This document shows, piece by piece, positions 45,684 to 55,998 of a stretch of 64,000 bases of DNA. The translations under genes and the position numbers were made by a program. The notes under the pieces were generated by a model. It made no database searches, was not told the origin of the DNA, and saw only the letters and a list, made by a program, of their open reading frames with translations. The DNA comes from Candidatus Eiseniibacteriota bacterium (GTDB lineage Bacteria; Eisenbacteria; RBG-16-71-46; CAVPCR01): contig CAVPCR010000001.1 in assembly GCA_963702435.1 (NCBI GenBank), forward strand, positions 1,280,001 to 1,344,000, read 5' to 3'. The number at the start of each line of letters is the position of its first letter. Positions within the stretch are counted from its first letter, which is position 1.

Positions 45684-47677
45684 CGCAGCACCGCGAGCCG
45701 CGCCCTGACACCCGGCGCCTCCGGCGAGTCGCCGGCGAGCTCGAGGTAGGTGCGCCACGCCGCCCGCGCCTCGTCCGGGCGGCCGAGATAGTCGGCGGCG
45801 ACGAGGCCCAGGTTGAGCCAGACCTGCGCGTAGTCCGGGTCGAGCTCGAGCGCGCGGCGGAACTCGCCGGCCGCGCCCGCGGCATCGCCGGCGCCGACGC
45901 GGGCGATCGCGGCGCGATTGATCGCCGCGGCATAGCGCCGTGCCACCGAGTCCTCCTCCTTCGTATGGCGATGCGCGGGGCGATAGGCGTCGAAGCGCGC
46001 GAACTCGACGTCGGGCAGGCGGGGCGCCGCGGCCGCCTCCGGCGCAGTCGCCCCCGGTGGCACCACCTGGTAGACGAGGCCCCGATCGGCGAGCGGCAGT
46101 CCAGCGTAGCTGGTCTGCTCGGCGGCGAACTCGTGCGCGTAGACGAACACGTCGCGCGCGGCGAGCGCCCGCCGCGCGAGTCCCGCCCCGATCTCGCGCG
46201 CATCGGCGGCCAGCCGCTCGCCGAGTGCGCGCCCGCGGAGCGCGCGGCGCGCCGCCGCGCGCGCCGCCACATCACGCTCGAGTTCAGAATCGTGCGGGGC
46301 GAGGGTCGCCGCATACCAGTCGAGCGGCAGGAGGTACTGCATGACGATGATGCGATCGGCGATCTCCGGATGCGCCGGGCGCAGGTAGAGGAGCGCGAAG
46401 GCGAGGCTCGTGTCGTCGCTCACGATGAGGCTCCCGGGAGTCGTCCGCCGTGCGACCTCGAGCGCGAGATCGCGGAGCGAGCGGTCGGCGTGGCGATCGG
46501 CGGCGCCGCGATGGGCCACGAATGGAGCCAGGGCGAGGAGGAGAAGCGCGGCGCCGGCGGCCGCGCGCCGGAACCGCTGCCGGCCCGCGAGCGCGAGGAG
46601 CCAATCGGCCGCCGCCCCGGCGAGGAGCGCCGCGACGAGATAGACCGGCAGGTAGTAGGCATCCTTGTCCGGAATGCGATAGGCCACCGCGTGCCCGGCG
46701 ACGGCGGCGCCGAGGAGCACGAGCGCGAGGAGCACGCGGCGGTGGAAGTCCGAGCGCCGGAGGAGGACGGCGGCGCCGAGCGCGACCCAGGCCAGCGCGG
46801 CCGGCGACCACTGCGCGGCGAAGAGGCGGACAAAGCGCCCCGCCTCCGCCCGCATGTACGCCGTCTCCGAGGTCAGGAGACGGTAGCTGAACTGCCGGCC
46901 GCTCACGTGCTCGACGAGACGGCTGAACGACTCGGGATCGCCGAGATCGAGAGACGGATCGGCGGTCGAGCGCACGGCGAGGACCGCGTAGAGCGTGAGC
47001 GCGAGCACCGCCGCCGCCGCGAGCGCGCCGCACCACGCGGCCCGCGCCCGCCCGCCGAGCGCCGCGCGCAGGGCGGGCCAGGCGAGGACGAGCGCCGCCG
47101 GCGCGGCGAGCACGATGGTGAGATGGTGGGCGAGCCCGAGCCCGAGGAGAAATGCGGCGAGGAGGAGCGCCCGCGCGTCGCGCGCGGCGGCGAGAGCGGC
47201 AAGGAGGACGAACGCGAGGAGCGCGAGATGGACGGTGTAGACCTCCGCCGTCGTCGCCTGGAGCAGGAACTCGCGCGCACCGGCGAGGAGGAGCGCCGCG
47301 GCCGCGGCGGCGAGGAGGCCGAGCCCGAGCGCACGCGCGAGGAGGACGGTGAGCCCCGCAGTCATGGCGCCCCCGAGCGCAGAGAGCAGGTTCACACCGA
47401 AGGCGGGCTCGGCTCCGGCCGCGCCCGCGGCGGATGCGGCGAGGCGAGCCGCGAGCGTGTAGAGCGGGTATCCCGTGGGATGCGGAATGCCGAAGGTCGT
47501 GCCGGCGAGCGCGAACTCGACCGCATCGACCCAGCCGAGGTCGCGCTGGACGAGAGGCAGGAGGGCCAGGAAGACAGCGGCCGCGACGAGCACGGCGAGG
47601 AGGCGATCGGTGAGGAGGCGGCCGGTCCGGAACCCGGCGGCCCGTTGCCGGTCCGCGCTCGCGCCGCGCACCCGCAT
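45680..47677 (-). CDS. DUF2723/TMEM260-like GT-C glycosyltransferase with C-terminal TPR
   Basis: DAVEF, GIPHPTGYPLY, VNLLSA, QATTAEVY, GLGLAHH, many TM segments, TPR ALELDPDYAQVWLNLG. Confidence 0.87.
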   Translation of the reverse strand: MRVRGASADRQRAAGFRTGRLLTDRLLAVLVAAAVFLALLPLVQRDLGWVDAVEFALAGTTFGIPHPTGYPLYTLAARLAASAAGAAGAEPAFGVNLLSALGGAMTAGLTVLLARALGLGLLAAAAAALLLAGAREFLLQATTAEVYTVHLALLAFVLLAALAAARDARALLLAAFLLGLGLAHHLTIVLAAPAALVLAWPALRAALGGRARAAWCGALAAAAVLALTLYAVLAVRSTADPSLDLGDPESFSRLVEHVSGRQFSYRLLTSETAYMRAEAGRFVRLFAAQWSPAALAWVALGAAVLLRRSDFHRRVLLALVLLGAAVAGHAVAYRIPDKDAYYLPVYLVAALLAGAAADWLLALAGRQRFRRAAAGAALLLLALAPFVAHRGAADRHADRSLRDLALEVARRTTPGSLIVSDDTSLAFALLYLRPAHPEIADRIIVMQYLLPLDWYAATLAPHDSELERDVAARAAARRALRGRALGERLAADAREIGAGLARRALAARDVFVYAHEFAAEQTSYAGLPLADRGLVYQVVPPGATAPEAAAAPRLPDVEFARFDAYRPAHRHTKEEDSVARRYAAAINRAAIARVGAGDAAGAAGEFRRALELDPDYAQVWLNLGLVAADYLGRPDEARAAWRTYLELAGDSPEAPGVRARLAVLR

Positions 47678-47681
47678 TGAA

Positions 47682-48245
47682 TCACTCCGGCGGCGGGTAC
47701 GGGATCTCGCCGGCGTAGCCCACATGGAGCGGCGCCCACTCGCTCGCCCACAGCCGTGCGCGCGTGCCCGCGAGCTGGCGGATGTGGAGCGCGTCGTGCG
47801 CGACCCAGGCGGCGAGCAGATCGCATCCCGAGAGGACGAACCCGCCCGGGGTCTCCCCGGTCACGAGGAGGCGCTCGGGCACCGCCTCGAGCGCGGCGAG
47901 CAGGTCGAGGCTACCGAGCCGGAGCTTCTGCAAGACCGCGCGCACTCGCTCCGGGTCGTCTCCGATGTATGTCCGCTCGCTCACCCACTCGACCGGGCGG
48001 ATCGGCGCGAAGCGCCCGCCACCAGCGAGCACGACCCGCATGCGCGCGCCGAAGTCCTCCGTCTCCTCGTCGCGGAGGTGGCAGAGGATTTCGATGGGGG
48101 CCCACTTGTCGGGCGCCGGACGCGCGCGCCAGGCAGCGAGATCGAGATCGCCGGCGAGCGCATCGATCGCCCGCGGCAGTGCGGCGAGCGCGGCGCGCCC
48201 GCGGCGGAGGAGCAGCGCCGCGCCCTGGGGCGTGCGTTCGGTCAT
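47682..48245 (-). CDS. DinB-family protein
   Basis: KWAPIEILCHLRDEE and WVAHDALHIRQL. Confidence 0.85.
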   Translation of the reverse strand: MTERTPQGAALLLRRGRAALAALPRAIDALAGDLDLAAWRARPAPDKWAPIEILCHLRDEETEDFGARMRVVLAGGGRFAPIRPVEWVSERTYIGDDPERVRAVLQKLRLGSLDLLAALEAVPERLLVTGETPGGFVLSGCDLLAAWVAHDALHIRQLAGTRARLWASEWAPLHVGYAGEIPYPPPE

Positions 48246-48955
48246 GGCCGTCCCAGAGCCTCCCGGGTTCCAGTCTCGGCATTCAGGCGATCGACGATCG
48301 GAACCAGGTCGAGGACGTCGTCGATCTCGAAGTCGGCGCCCGAGGTGACGGTGCCGAAGGTGTCCCCGTAGCGTGCGAAGACGGTGCGGATCCCGACGTT
48401 CCGCGCCCCGACCATGTCGCGCTCGGGCCAGTCGCCCACCATGAGCACCTGATCGGGCGCGAGATCGAGGCCGGCCAGAGCCGCCTCGAAGGGCGCGCGC
48501 GACGGCTTCCGCTCGCGCGTGTCCTCGAAGGCGATGACGAGGTCGAAGACGTGATGCAGATTGAGCGAGCAGAGGCGGAGCCAGACCTGGGCCTGCGGCG
48601 CGTCGCTCACGACGGCGAGCCGGATCCCGCGCCGGAGGAGCTCGACGAGCGTGATCTGCACGTGGGGATAGAGCACCAGCGCCGAATCCCGCACCCGGCG
48701 ATAAGCGACGATGCCGGCGGCGAGGATCTTGTGGTCGATCGCGCCCAGCTCTTCCTGGAGGAAGTGGTCGAAGACCTGCTGGAACTCGATGCCTTCCCGG
48801 TCGTAGATGCCGTAGATCTTCTGCCGCGCCTCTTCAGGGCGCAGCTTGAGCCCGGCGTCGAGCATGCCGCTGATCGCGGCGTCGACGGCGAGCTCCTTCA
48901 TCCGCATGAAGTCGGTGAGGGTGTTGTCGAGATCGAAGAAGATGGCCTTGATCAT
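48242..48955 (-). CDS. HAD-superfamily hydrolase
   Basis: FDLDNTL, VVSD, RKP and MVGDWPERDMVGA motifs I-IV. Confidence 0.92.
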   Translation of the reverse strand: MIKAIFFDLDNTLTDFMRMKELAVDAAISGMLDAGLKLRPEEARQKIYGIYDREGIEFQQVFDHFLQEELGAIDHKILAAGIVAYRRVRDSALVLYPHVQITLVELLRRGIRLAVVSDAPQAQVWLRLCSLNLHHVFDLVIAFEDTRERKPSRAPFEAALAGLDLAPDQVLMVGDWPERDMVGARNVGIRTVFARYGDTFGTVTSGADFEIDDVLDLVPIVDRLNAETGTREALGRP

Positions 48956-48994
48956 CGGATCCCCTCGCCGGCGCCGCCCGGGGCGGCGGCGGAG

Positions 48995-49189
48995 CTACTT
49001 CGAGGACGTGCCGATCATCCGGCCGAGGCTGATCTCACCGTTGTCGATGCGCAAGTTGAACCCGCATCCGGGGTTGGTGCAGACCCAGGCCTTGTAGGTG
49101 ATGGGCGCCCCTTCGCGGCCGTAGTCGGAGAGCGGGATCAGCACCCCGGTTCCGCACTTCAGGCACTCCGGAAACTTGAACTGCTCCAT
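48995..49189 (-). CDS. Small zinc-ribbon protein (64 aa)
   Basis: CLKC...WVCTNPGC and a strong GGAGG SD. Confidence 0.8.
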   Translation of the reverse strand: MEQFKFPECLKCGTGVLIPLSDYGREGAPITYKAWVCTNPGCGFNLRIDNGEISLGRMIGTSSK

Positions 49190-49278
49190 GCGACAACCTC
49201 CCCTCCCGGCATACCATCCGTTTCCGGTCCAGTTCGAGACCGCGCCCCAGCGCAGTCCATCCGTCCTGGTAAACCATG

Positions 49279-49308
49279 AGGCTAGCAGACTCCCGGACGG
49301 AGCGTCAA
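49279..49308 (-). promoter_or_regulatory. Sigma70-type promoter for the Zn-ribbon/HAD/DinB/GT-C/LVIVD run
   Basis: TTGACG-N18-TAGCCT with a TG extension. Confidence 0.55.
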
Positions 49309-49358
49309 CGCGCGCCCGGCGCTCGGCCGCCGCACGCCGAGATCGACCGCCCGCGCCG

Positions 49359-50679
49359 TCAGGTCTTCTGCTCCTTCTTCTCCGCCGCCGGGAACAGGAT
49401 GTTGTTCAGGATCAGCCGATATCCCGGCGAGTTCTTGTGCAATGACAGGTCGGTCGGCGGATCGCCGACCGCGTGCTGGTAGTCCTCGGGATCGTGCCCG
49501 CCGTAATAGGTGAAGGTCCCCTGGCCGTAGTTCCCGTGGAGGTACTTGATCTCGTCGGTGCCCTCGGTCTCGGCCAGGATGGTGACCGCTTCTTGATCGT
49601 CTGCTTGCGGAAACCGGTCGTCTGCCCCAAGAACCCGTTGACCACGGCGACGTGGTCCTGCGTCAGCATGGTCGGCACCGGGTCCTCCTTGGCCGAGAAC
49701 TCGAAGAGCGTGAAGTAGTCGGCCTCCGGCCCGCGCGGCGCCCGGTCGTCGGAGTGTCGATGTTGGAGAACTCGTAGACCAGCGGATTCATCTCGAGCCT
49801 GAAGTTCTGAAAGGCGAGCGGCGCCTCGAAGTCGAGCCGGGCCTGGGCATCGCGCGCCGGCGGATCGCCGTCGAAGATCTGCGCGCAGATGTCGATGTCG
49901 CGCGCAGCGAGCGCGATGTCGAAGGTGTCGGTGGCCGAGCACATCGCGAACATGAAGCCGCCGCGTGCGATGTAGTCCTTGACCGTCTCGGCCACCGCCT
50001 GCTTGTGCTTCGAGACCTTGGCGAATCCGGCGCCGCGGGCCAGGTCCTCGGCCATCCGCTTCTGCTCCTGGTACCACTCCTGGTTGTGGAACCCGGCGTA
50101 GAACTTGCCGTACTGGCCGGTGAAGTCCTCGTGATGGAGGTGCAGCCAGTCGTACTTGTCGAGATCTCCGGCGAGCACCTCCTCGTCGTAGATCACCGCG
50201 TACGGGATCTCGGCGTAGTTGAGCGCGAGCGTCACGGCGTCGTCCCACGGCTCGAAGCCCGGCGGCGCGTAGATCGCGACGCGCGGCGCCTTCTCCAGCA
50301 GCACCACCTCCATGTTGGAGTCCTCGATCTCCGCATGGATCGCCGCGATGTCGCCGGCGCCCGCGGCCTCGAGGCGCACCCCGAGGAGCCGCGCCTGGCG
50401 CTCGACCGGCTCGCCGGCCGGAAGCAGGAACGACCCGCCGCGGTAGTTGAGGAGCCATTCGACGGTCTCACCGCGCTCGAGCACGCAGTAGGCGAGCCCG
50501 TAGGCCTTGAGGTGATCGGTCTGCGCGAGATCCATCGGCACGAGGAGGTCGGCGCGCGCGCGCCCGGCGCCGGCAAGGGCGAGGAGCACGAGGAGCGCGC
50601 GGAGCACGAGGCGCGCGCGGAGGCCGGCGGCCCGGCGCCGCGGAGCAGCCCTGTCTGTGACCGTGACCGGGGACCTCAT
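49359..50679 (-). CDS. Conserved FCB-type secreted protein of unknown function (two frameshifts, near 49740 and 49585)
   Basis: LLVPMD..QTDHLKAYG, WLLNYRGGSF, PWDDAVTLAL, WLHLHHEDFTGQYGKF, FAMCSATD. Continues across frames to GHDPEDYQH...SPGYRLILNNILFPAAEKKEQKT*. Confidence 0.8.
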
Positions 50680-50690
50680 GGCCGTGACGC

Positions 50691-51572
50691 TCACGTGCTC
50701 ATGCGCAGGCGCTCGAGGCGCTCCCGGGCCTCGCCCGCCTCGACCGAATCCGGGAACCGCTCGAGCACCTTCTCGTAGGCGGCCATGGCCGCCTTCTTGT
50801 CGCGATCGCCGATCATATGGCACCTGCCGATCTGGAGGAGCGCCGTGGCGGCGAGCGGCGATTCGGGCATCGAGTCGGCGATCACCGCGAAGTGGCGGAG
50901 CGCCTGGTCCGGCAATCCCATCTCCAGGTTCACCTCGCCGAGCGCGAAGTGGAGATCGTCCTCGAGCGCGGCGCCCGGGTGACGGTCGAGCGCCAGCCGG
51001 AGCACGTTCGCGGCCGAGTCGGGGCGCCCGGCGCGCGCCACGCGCGCCGCCTCCGCGTAGAGCGCAAGCGGCTTGGCCCCCGCGTCGGAGTTCTCGTCGA
51101 TGAGGAGGAACCGCGCGAGCGCGTCGTTGGTGAGGAAACCGCGCCCGTGCAGGGTCGCGAACTGCCGGTACCCGGCCTGCGCCGTGTCGAAGCGCGCGGC
51201 GAAGAAATCGAGCTCGACCAGATCGAACTCCGCGACCTCGCGGCGGACCGGATCGCGGCGCGTCGCCTTGATCACGGCCTCGAGCTCCGCGCGCGCCCTG
51301 GTGAGATCGCCGGCGGCGAGATGGGTCCGGAAGCGGGCGAAGCTCGAGTCGGCGCGGAGGACAGCCACATCGACCGGACCCTCGCGGCGGCGCACCTCGG
51401 GACGCGGCAACGCCTGGAGACGTGACGGGTCGATGCCGGTCCGCGGCACGACGCGCGGCGCCGGCACCGGCGCCGGCGTCTCGTCGTCGGCCGCACGGGC
51501 GGGGACCGCCCCGCACGCCGCGAGGCCGAGACCGATGCCGATCAGGATGTTCAGCAGATGGATGCGAGCCAT
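50691..51572 (-). CDS. Secreted TPR protein (BamD/YfiO-like repeats)
   Basis: MARIHLL signal peptide and repeats such as AYEKVLERFPDS. Starts 2 nt after the DUF4175-like stop. Confidence 0.8.
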   Translation of the reverse strand: MARIHLLNILIGIGLGLAACGAVPARAADDETPAPVPAPRVVPRTGIDPSRLQALPRPEVRRREGPVDVAVLRADSSFARFRTHLAAGDLTRARAELEAVIKATRRDPVRREVAEFDLVELDFFAARFDTAQAGYRQFATLHGRGFLTNDALARFLLIDENSDAGAKPLALYAEAARVARAGRPDSAANVLRLALDRHPGAALEDDLHFALGEVNLEMGLPDQALRHFAVIADSMPESPLAATALLQIGRCHMIGDRDKKAAMAAYEKVLERFPDSVEAGEARERLERLRMST

Positions 51573-51574
51573 GG

Positions 51575-54500
51575 CTAGTTCGGCGCCGTTGCCGGCTCGC
51601 CCTCCGTATCCGCCTTGGCCTCGATCAGGGCTTGGAAGTAGCGCTCGACGAGCTCGCGGAACCCGGGCGGGTAGACATCGGAGCGACCGCGCAGGATGTC
51701 GGCTTCGAGCCGCTCGCGCCGGGTCAGGAGATCCTCCGGCACCGCGGGCAGGACAGCGGGGCCCGGCATCTCCTCGCCGGGACGGGACAGGCGCTCCTGG
51801 CCCATGTCGCGCTTCCGCACCGAGCGCTGCGCGTCGAGGAGACGGCTCATGATCTGGTGCTGCTTCGAGACGAGCCGGTCGTCGATCTGCCCGCGCTCGA
51901 GCTCCTCCGCCACCTCCTCCATGTCTTTCGAGAGATCGCCCATGCGCCCGAGCACGTCCCGGCGCCCATCGAGCGATTGCGCCACTTCCTCGAGCCCCTG
52001 CTGGATCGCCGCCTGCTGCGCCGCGAGCCGGGCGAGGCGACCCTGGCTTCCCTCGGTCAGGCGCGACCCGCCCTGCTGCATGAGCTGGCGCGTACCGTCG
52101 TTCACCTGCTGCTGCTGCTGCGACAGGCCCATCATCTGCTGCATGGACTGCTTCATCGAGCTGCAGCTGCCGCCGCCGCCCTGGCACATCGACTGCTCGG
52201 CCGCGAGCAGCTCGAGGATCGCCTGGTTCACCTGGGCGAGTGCCTGTGTCGCGTGCGTGCGCCCGCTCGTCACGCTGCCGCGCTCGTAGCTCGCGACCGC
52301 GTTCTTCATCGACTGGATCGGCTGGCCGAGGAGCCCCGCGAAATCGGTGCCCACCATCATGGAGGAGCGGGCGAGCTCTTCGACGACTTCGTTCACGCGA
52401 CGCGTGGCCTCGAGCAGGCGCTGCTGGTGATCAGCCATCGCGCGCGGCTCCGGTCCCTGGCCGACGATCAGCTCCTCCTCGCTGGTCGAGACCTTGAGGA
52501 GCTCCCGCGCCGCGGCCCTGAGCTTCTCGGCCGCCTCGGCCATCTGCTGGTTCATCATCTGCTGCTGCTGCATGCGGAGCTGCTCGAGCAGGGAGCGCGC
52601 GTCGCGGCTGGCCTGCTGGCCCGACTTCTTGGCGCCCTTGGCGTTCTGCTTCCCCATCTGCTGCATGGCCGACTGCATGTTCGACTGCATCGAGCCCTGC
52701 TCGCTCGATTCCTGGGCGAGCTCGGCCATCTCCTGCGCCGCCTGCTCGTTCATCTCGGCGAGCTCCTGCGCCAGCTCCTCGAGGAGCTTCTCGAGCTCCT
52801 CCGCCTCCTCGAGATTCAGGGCCTGGTCCTGGGCCGCCTCGTCCATCTCGTCGCCGAGCCGGGAGAGCCGGTCGCTCTGGTCCGCGGACTCCTCCGTGTC
52901 GGCGCGGTCTCCCTCCTGCTGCGCATCCTCGCCCTTCGTGTCGTGTCCCTCCTTGTCCCCCTGCTCGTCGCTCGCCCGCTCGTCGTCCGCCTTCTTGTCG
53001 TCCGCCTTCTTGTCGCTCGCCTTCTCGTCGTCCCCGGGCGCGTCCTCTCGCTCGGTGTCTGCGCGCTCGTCCCGCCCCGCCTCGTCCAGGTCCTGGTTGA
53101 TCTGGTCCTGGCGCTCGGCCATTTCCTCGGCCTGCTGCACCGCGCGCTCGAGCTTCTCCTCGAGCTGCACCTGCTTGAGCATCTCGAGCGTGCGCTCGAG
53201 ATTCTGGAGAAGCTCCTCGTGCGAGAGGGTGAGATCCTTGAGCGCCTTCTGGACCTCGTTCGGATCCGTGTTTGCGAGCTGCTCCGAGAGGCGCTTGAAG
53301 GCGTCGCGCAGCTCCGGATCGGCGATCTGGTCCATGAGCCGCTGGATCTCCGCCACCTTGGCCAGCACCTCGTCATCGACGAGGCTCTGGTTCTCGAGGC
53401 GCTCGAGCGCCTGGCCGAGATCCTGCGCGAGCTTCTCGATCTCCTGGCGGAGCTCGGCCTGGCGCTCGTAGGCGCGGGCCACCTCCTGGCGATCCTCCCA
53501 GTCGGTCTCCGGGAACTTGGTCATCTCGCGGGCGATGCGTTCGAGCTCCTTCTTGAGCTCGGCTCCCTCCTCGCGCATCTCCTCGAGGCTCTTCTCCGCC
53601 TCCTCGTGCTCCTCGCCCACCTCGGCGTAGAGCTCGGTCAAGGTCGGGATGCGAAGCGTGTAGGTGCGGCTCCGCGCGCTCTTCGGCCCGCTCACCGTAT
53701 CGTTGTCGAAGACCTCGACGTAGTAGCGGATGACGTCGCCGGGGACCAGGTTGAGCCCGGAGAGATCCCAGAGGTGGCTCTCGGTCGCCTCGCGCGGATA
53801 CCCGGTGAAGCGGCGCAGGCGCACGGCGGCCGGTTCGTCCCCCTCGTACGAGTAGTGGAGCGTCAGGTTCGACAGGCCATAGTCGTCGGCCGCGTGGATG
53901 ACGAGCGGCAGCCGGAGCTCGGCAGGCACATCGGAATCCCCGCCGGGATCGAGGATCGCGACCATCGGCTCCCGATCGGAGGTCGGCGTGATCCGGTAAG
54001 GACCGAAGGTGGTCGCCCGCTGATCGCCCTCATCCTGCTGTTCGCGCTCGAGCGTGAGCGTGTAGGTCGTCTCCTCGCGCACCGGGATCACGGCGCGGCC
54101 GCGGTTCCCGTCGAGATGCGTCACCCTCGCCCTGGTGCCGCCGGCCACTTCAACCGTCCCGCCCTCGATCGGCAGGTTGGTCTCGAAGATGAGCCGGACT
54201 TCGGTGCCGCGGAGCGCCGACACCGCGCCGTCGGCCGCCCGGATGGTCTCGACATCGAGTCCCGCGTAGTCCGGATAGCGATACTCGAGCAGGAAGCTCG
54301 TGATGCGGAGCGGCTCGCGCACGCGGATCACGTAGTCCGGCGAGGTGGCGCTCCCCGCGGCCACGCGGTAGCGCGTCTCGGCGTCGACCGCGGGGATGAC
54401 GAAGCGATAGACCGGAGCCGCGCTCGTCGCTCCGGAGACGGTCTCGCCGGTGAAGTGGCGCCAGACCCCGGCCCCGCGCCGCGCGTGGAGGGCCGGCCGC

Positions 54501-55177
54501 GCGACCGCACCCGTCACCCGCGCCTCGATCGCGACATCGACGCCCTGGTCCACGCGCAGGTTCCCGGTCAGCACCTCGATCGTGACCGGCGAGAGCCCGG
54601 GCCAGCGCGGGCGGGCGAGCTCGGCCAGGGCGCCCGCGAAGCGGGCCGGTGACACCGCGAGCGCGAGGGCGAGGGCGACGGCGCCGGCGCCCGCGAGCGC
54701 GATCCAGCGCCGGTCGAGGCGCGTGCGCCCCGGCGCATCGAGATCGAGGCGCCCTGCCGCGCGCACGCGCTCGGCGACGAGCGCGGCGACCAGGTCGCCC
54801 GAGGTCCCGGCCTTCGCCGGAGTCCCGCCCAGCTCGAGGGCGCTCAGGAACTCGTTCGGCTCGCCCGCGCGCGAGTACATCTCGTCGAGCAGGCGCGCGT
54901 AGCGCGGGACATCGGGGACGCGGCGGAGCGGCACGACGAGCCGGCGCACGGCCGCCGCCACCAGGACGGCGAAGAAGACGATCGCGCCGAGCGGCGCCGC
55001 CCAGCTCCGCGGCCAGATCATGATGGCGACGACGGCGAGGACGAGCGCGGCGACGATGATCGCGAGGGCGCGAAGGGAGCCGTGCCGGAGCACGCGCCGG
55101 AAAGCGCGCTGCCGCGCGGCGGTGATCGCCGCGGCGAGCTCGCGGTATCCAGGCCTCGTCGCGTCGGTCGGCTCCAT
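51575..55177 (-). CDS. DUF4175-like membrane-anchored Ig plus coiled-coil protein
   Basis: N-terminal TM segments, YPDYAGL, ADDYGL, LVPGDVIRYYVEVFDND, long Gln/Met/Glu coiled coil, terminal PPGFRELVERYF. Confidence 0.85.
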   Translation of the reverse strand: MEPTDATRPGYRELAAAITAARQRAFRRVLRHGSLRALAIIVAALVLAVVAIMIWPRSWAAPLGAIVFFAVLVAAAVRRLVVPLRRVPDVPRYARLLDEMYSRAGEPNEFLSALELGGTPAKAGTSGDLVAALVAERVRAAGRLDLDAPGRTRLDRRWIALAGAGAVALALALAVSPARFAGALAELARPRWPGLSPVTIEVLTGNLRVDQGVDVAIEARVTGAVARPALHARRGAGVWRHFTGETVSGATSAAPVYRFVIPAVDAETRYRVAAGSATSPDYVIRVREPLRITSFLLEYRYPDYAGLDVETIRAADGAVSALRGTEVRLIFETNLPIEGGTVEVAGGTRARVTHLDGNRGRAVIPVREETTYTLTLEREQQDEGDQRATTFGPYRITPTSDREPMVAILDPGGDSDVPAELRLPLVIHAADDYGLSNLTLHYSYEGDEPAAVRLRRFTGYPREATESHLWDLSGLNLVPGDVIRYYVEVFDNDTVSGPKSARSRTYTLRIPTLTELYAEVGEEHEEAEKSLEEMREEGAELKKELERIAREMTKFPETDWEDRQEVARAYERQAELRQEIEKLAQDLGQALERLENQSLVDDEVLAKVAEIQRLMDQIADPELRDAFKRLSEQLANTDPNEVQKALKDLTLSHEELLQNLERTLEMLKQVQLEEKLERAVQQAEEMAERQDQINQDLDEAGRDERADTEREDAPGDDEKASDKKADDKKADDERASDEQGDKEGHDTKGEDAQQEGDRADTEESADQSDRLSRLGDEMDEAAQDQALNLEEAEELEKLLEELAQELAEMNEQAAQEMAELAQESSEQGSMQSNMQSAMQQMGKQNAKGAKKSGQQASRDARSLLEQLRMQQQQMMNQQMAEAAEKLRAAARELLKVSTSEEELIVGQGPEPRAMADHQQRLLEATRRVNEVVEELARSSMMVGTDFAGLLGQPIQSMKNAVASYERGSVTSGRTHATQALAQVNQAILELLAAEQSMCQGGGGSCSSMKQSMQQMMGLSQQQQQVNDGTRQLMQQGGSRLTEGSQGRLARLAAQQAAIQQGLEEVAQSLDGRRDVLGRMGDLSKDMEEVAEELERGQIDDRLVSKQHQIMSRLLDAQRSVRKRDMGQERLSRPGEEMPGPAVLPAVPEDLLTRRERLEADILRGRSDVYPPGFRELVERYFQALIEAKADTEGEPATAPN

Positions 55178-55239
55178 CGTTCCTCTCTAGCGGGCGGCTC
55201 TCGTGCGCCGCAACCTCGTCATCCTCGTCACCATCTTCG

Positions 55240-55998
55240 TCATGACGTGAACGCATAGACGACGACGTTGATCGCCATCTTCATCGCCTGCTCGCGCGCG
55301 GCGGGCGGATCGTTGTGCACGTGCGGATCCTCGATCCCGTCGCCGACATCGCTCTCGAAGGTGTAGAACGCGATGAGCCGCCCCTCGTGGAAGAGCCCGA
55401 ACCCCTGCGGCCGCTTGCCGTCATGTTCGTGCACCTTGGGCGGCCCCTGCGCGAGATCGTAGAAGCAATGATAGATCGGATGAGCGAAGGGCACCTCGAC
55501 CAGCGGCTTGTCGGGAAAGACCCTGGCCATCTCCTGCCGGAAGCTCTTGTCCATCCCGTAGTTGTCGTCGGCGAAGAGGAAGCCGCCGGCCAGGAGGTAG
55601 GTGCGGAGCCGCTCCGCCTCCTCCGGCGAGAAGCGCACCGTGCCGTGTCCGTTCATGTAGAGGAACGGATAGTCGAAGAGGCGCTCGTCGAGGAGCGAGA
55701 TCCGCTTCTCCTCCGGCGAGCTCACACGGATCGCGGTGCGTTCGGCGACCGCCCGCGCGAGGTTGGGGAGCGAGGAGGGGTTCGAGTACCAGTCGCCCCC
55801 GCCGCCGTACTGGAGCCGGGCGATGCGGAGTCCATCGGGCACCTCGTCCTTCTCGGGCTGGGCGGGGAGCCGCCGGCGCGTCTGGGCTTCCGGTCCGGAG
55901 CCGGTTGCCGCGGCGAGGCCGGCGATCACGGCGAGCGCGAGCAGCATGCGAGCGCCGGACCGAAGCTGCAAGTTGGCCTCGAAAATAGACATACGCAT
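55240..55998 (-). CDS. DUF4159-domain protein
   Basis: IARLQYGGGGDWY, YPFLYMNGHG, LRTYLLAGGFLFADDNYG, HPIY, PKVHEHDG. Start could be 55947. Confidence 0.88.
   Translation of the reverse strand: MRMSIFEANLQLRSGARMLLALAVIAGLAAATGSGPEAQTRRRLPAQPEKDEVPDGLRIARLQYGGGGDWYSNPSSLPNLARAVAERTAIRVSSPEEKRISLLDERLFDYPFLYMNGHGTVRFSPEEAERLRTYLLAGGFLFADDNYGMDKSFRQEMARVFPDKPLVEVPFAHPIYHCFYDLAQGPPKVHEHDGKRPQGFGLFHEGRLIAFYTFESDVGDGIEDPHVHNDPPAAREQAMKMAINVVVYAFTS

Noticed and set aside
49359..50679. Asparagine synthetase B (a label I recall on this family)
   Set aside because: No N-terminal Cys Ntn domain or SGGLDS motif, and the protein has a signal peptide.
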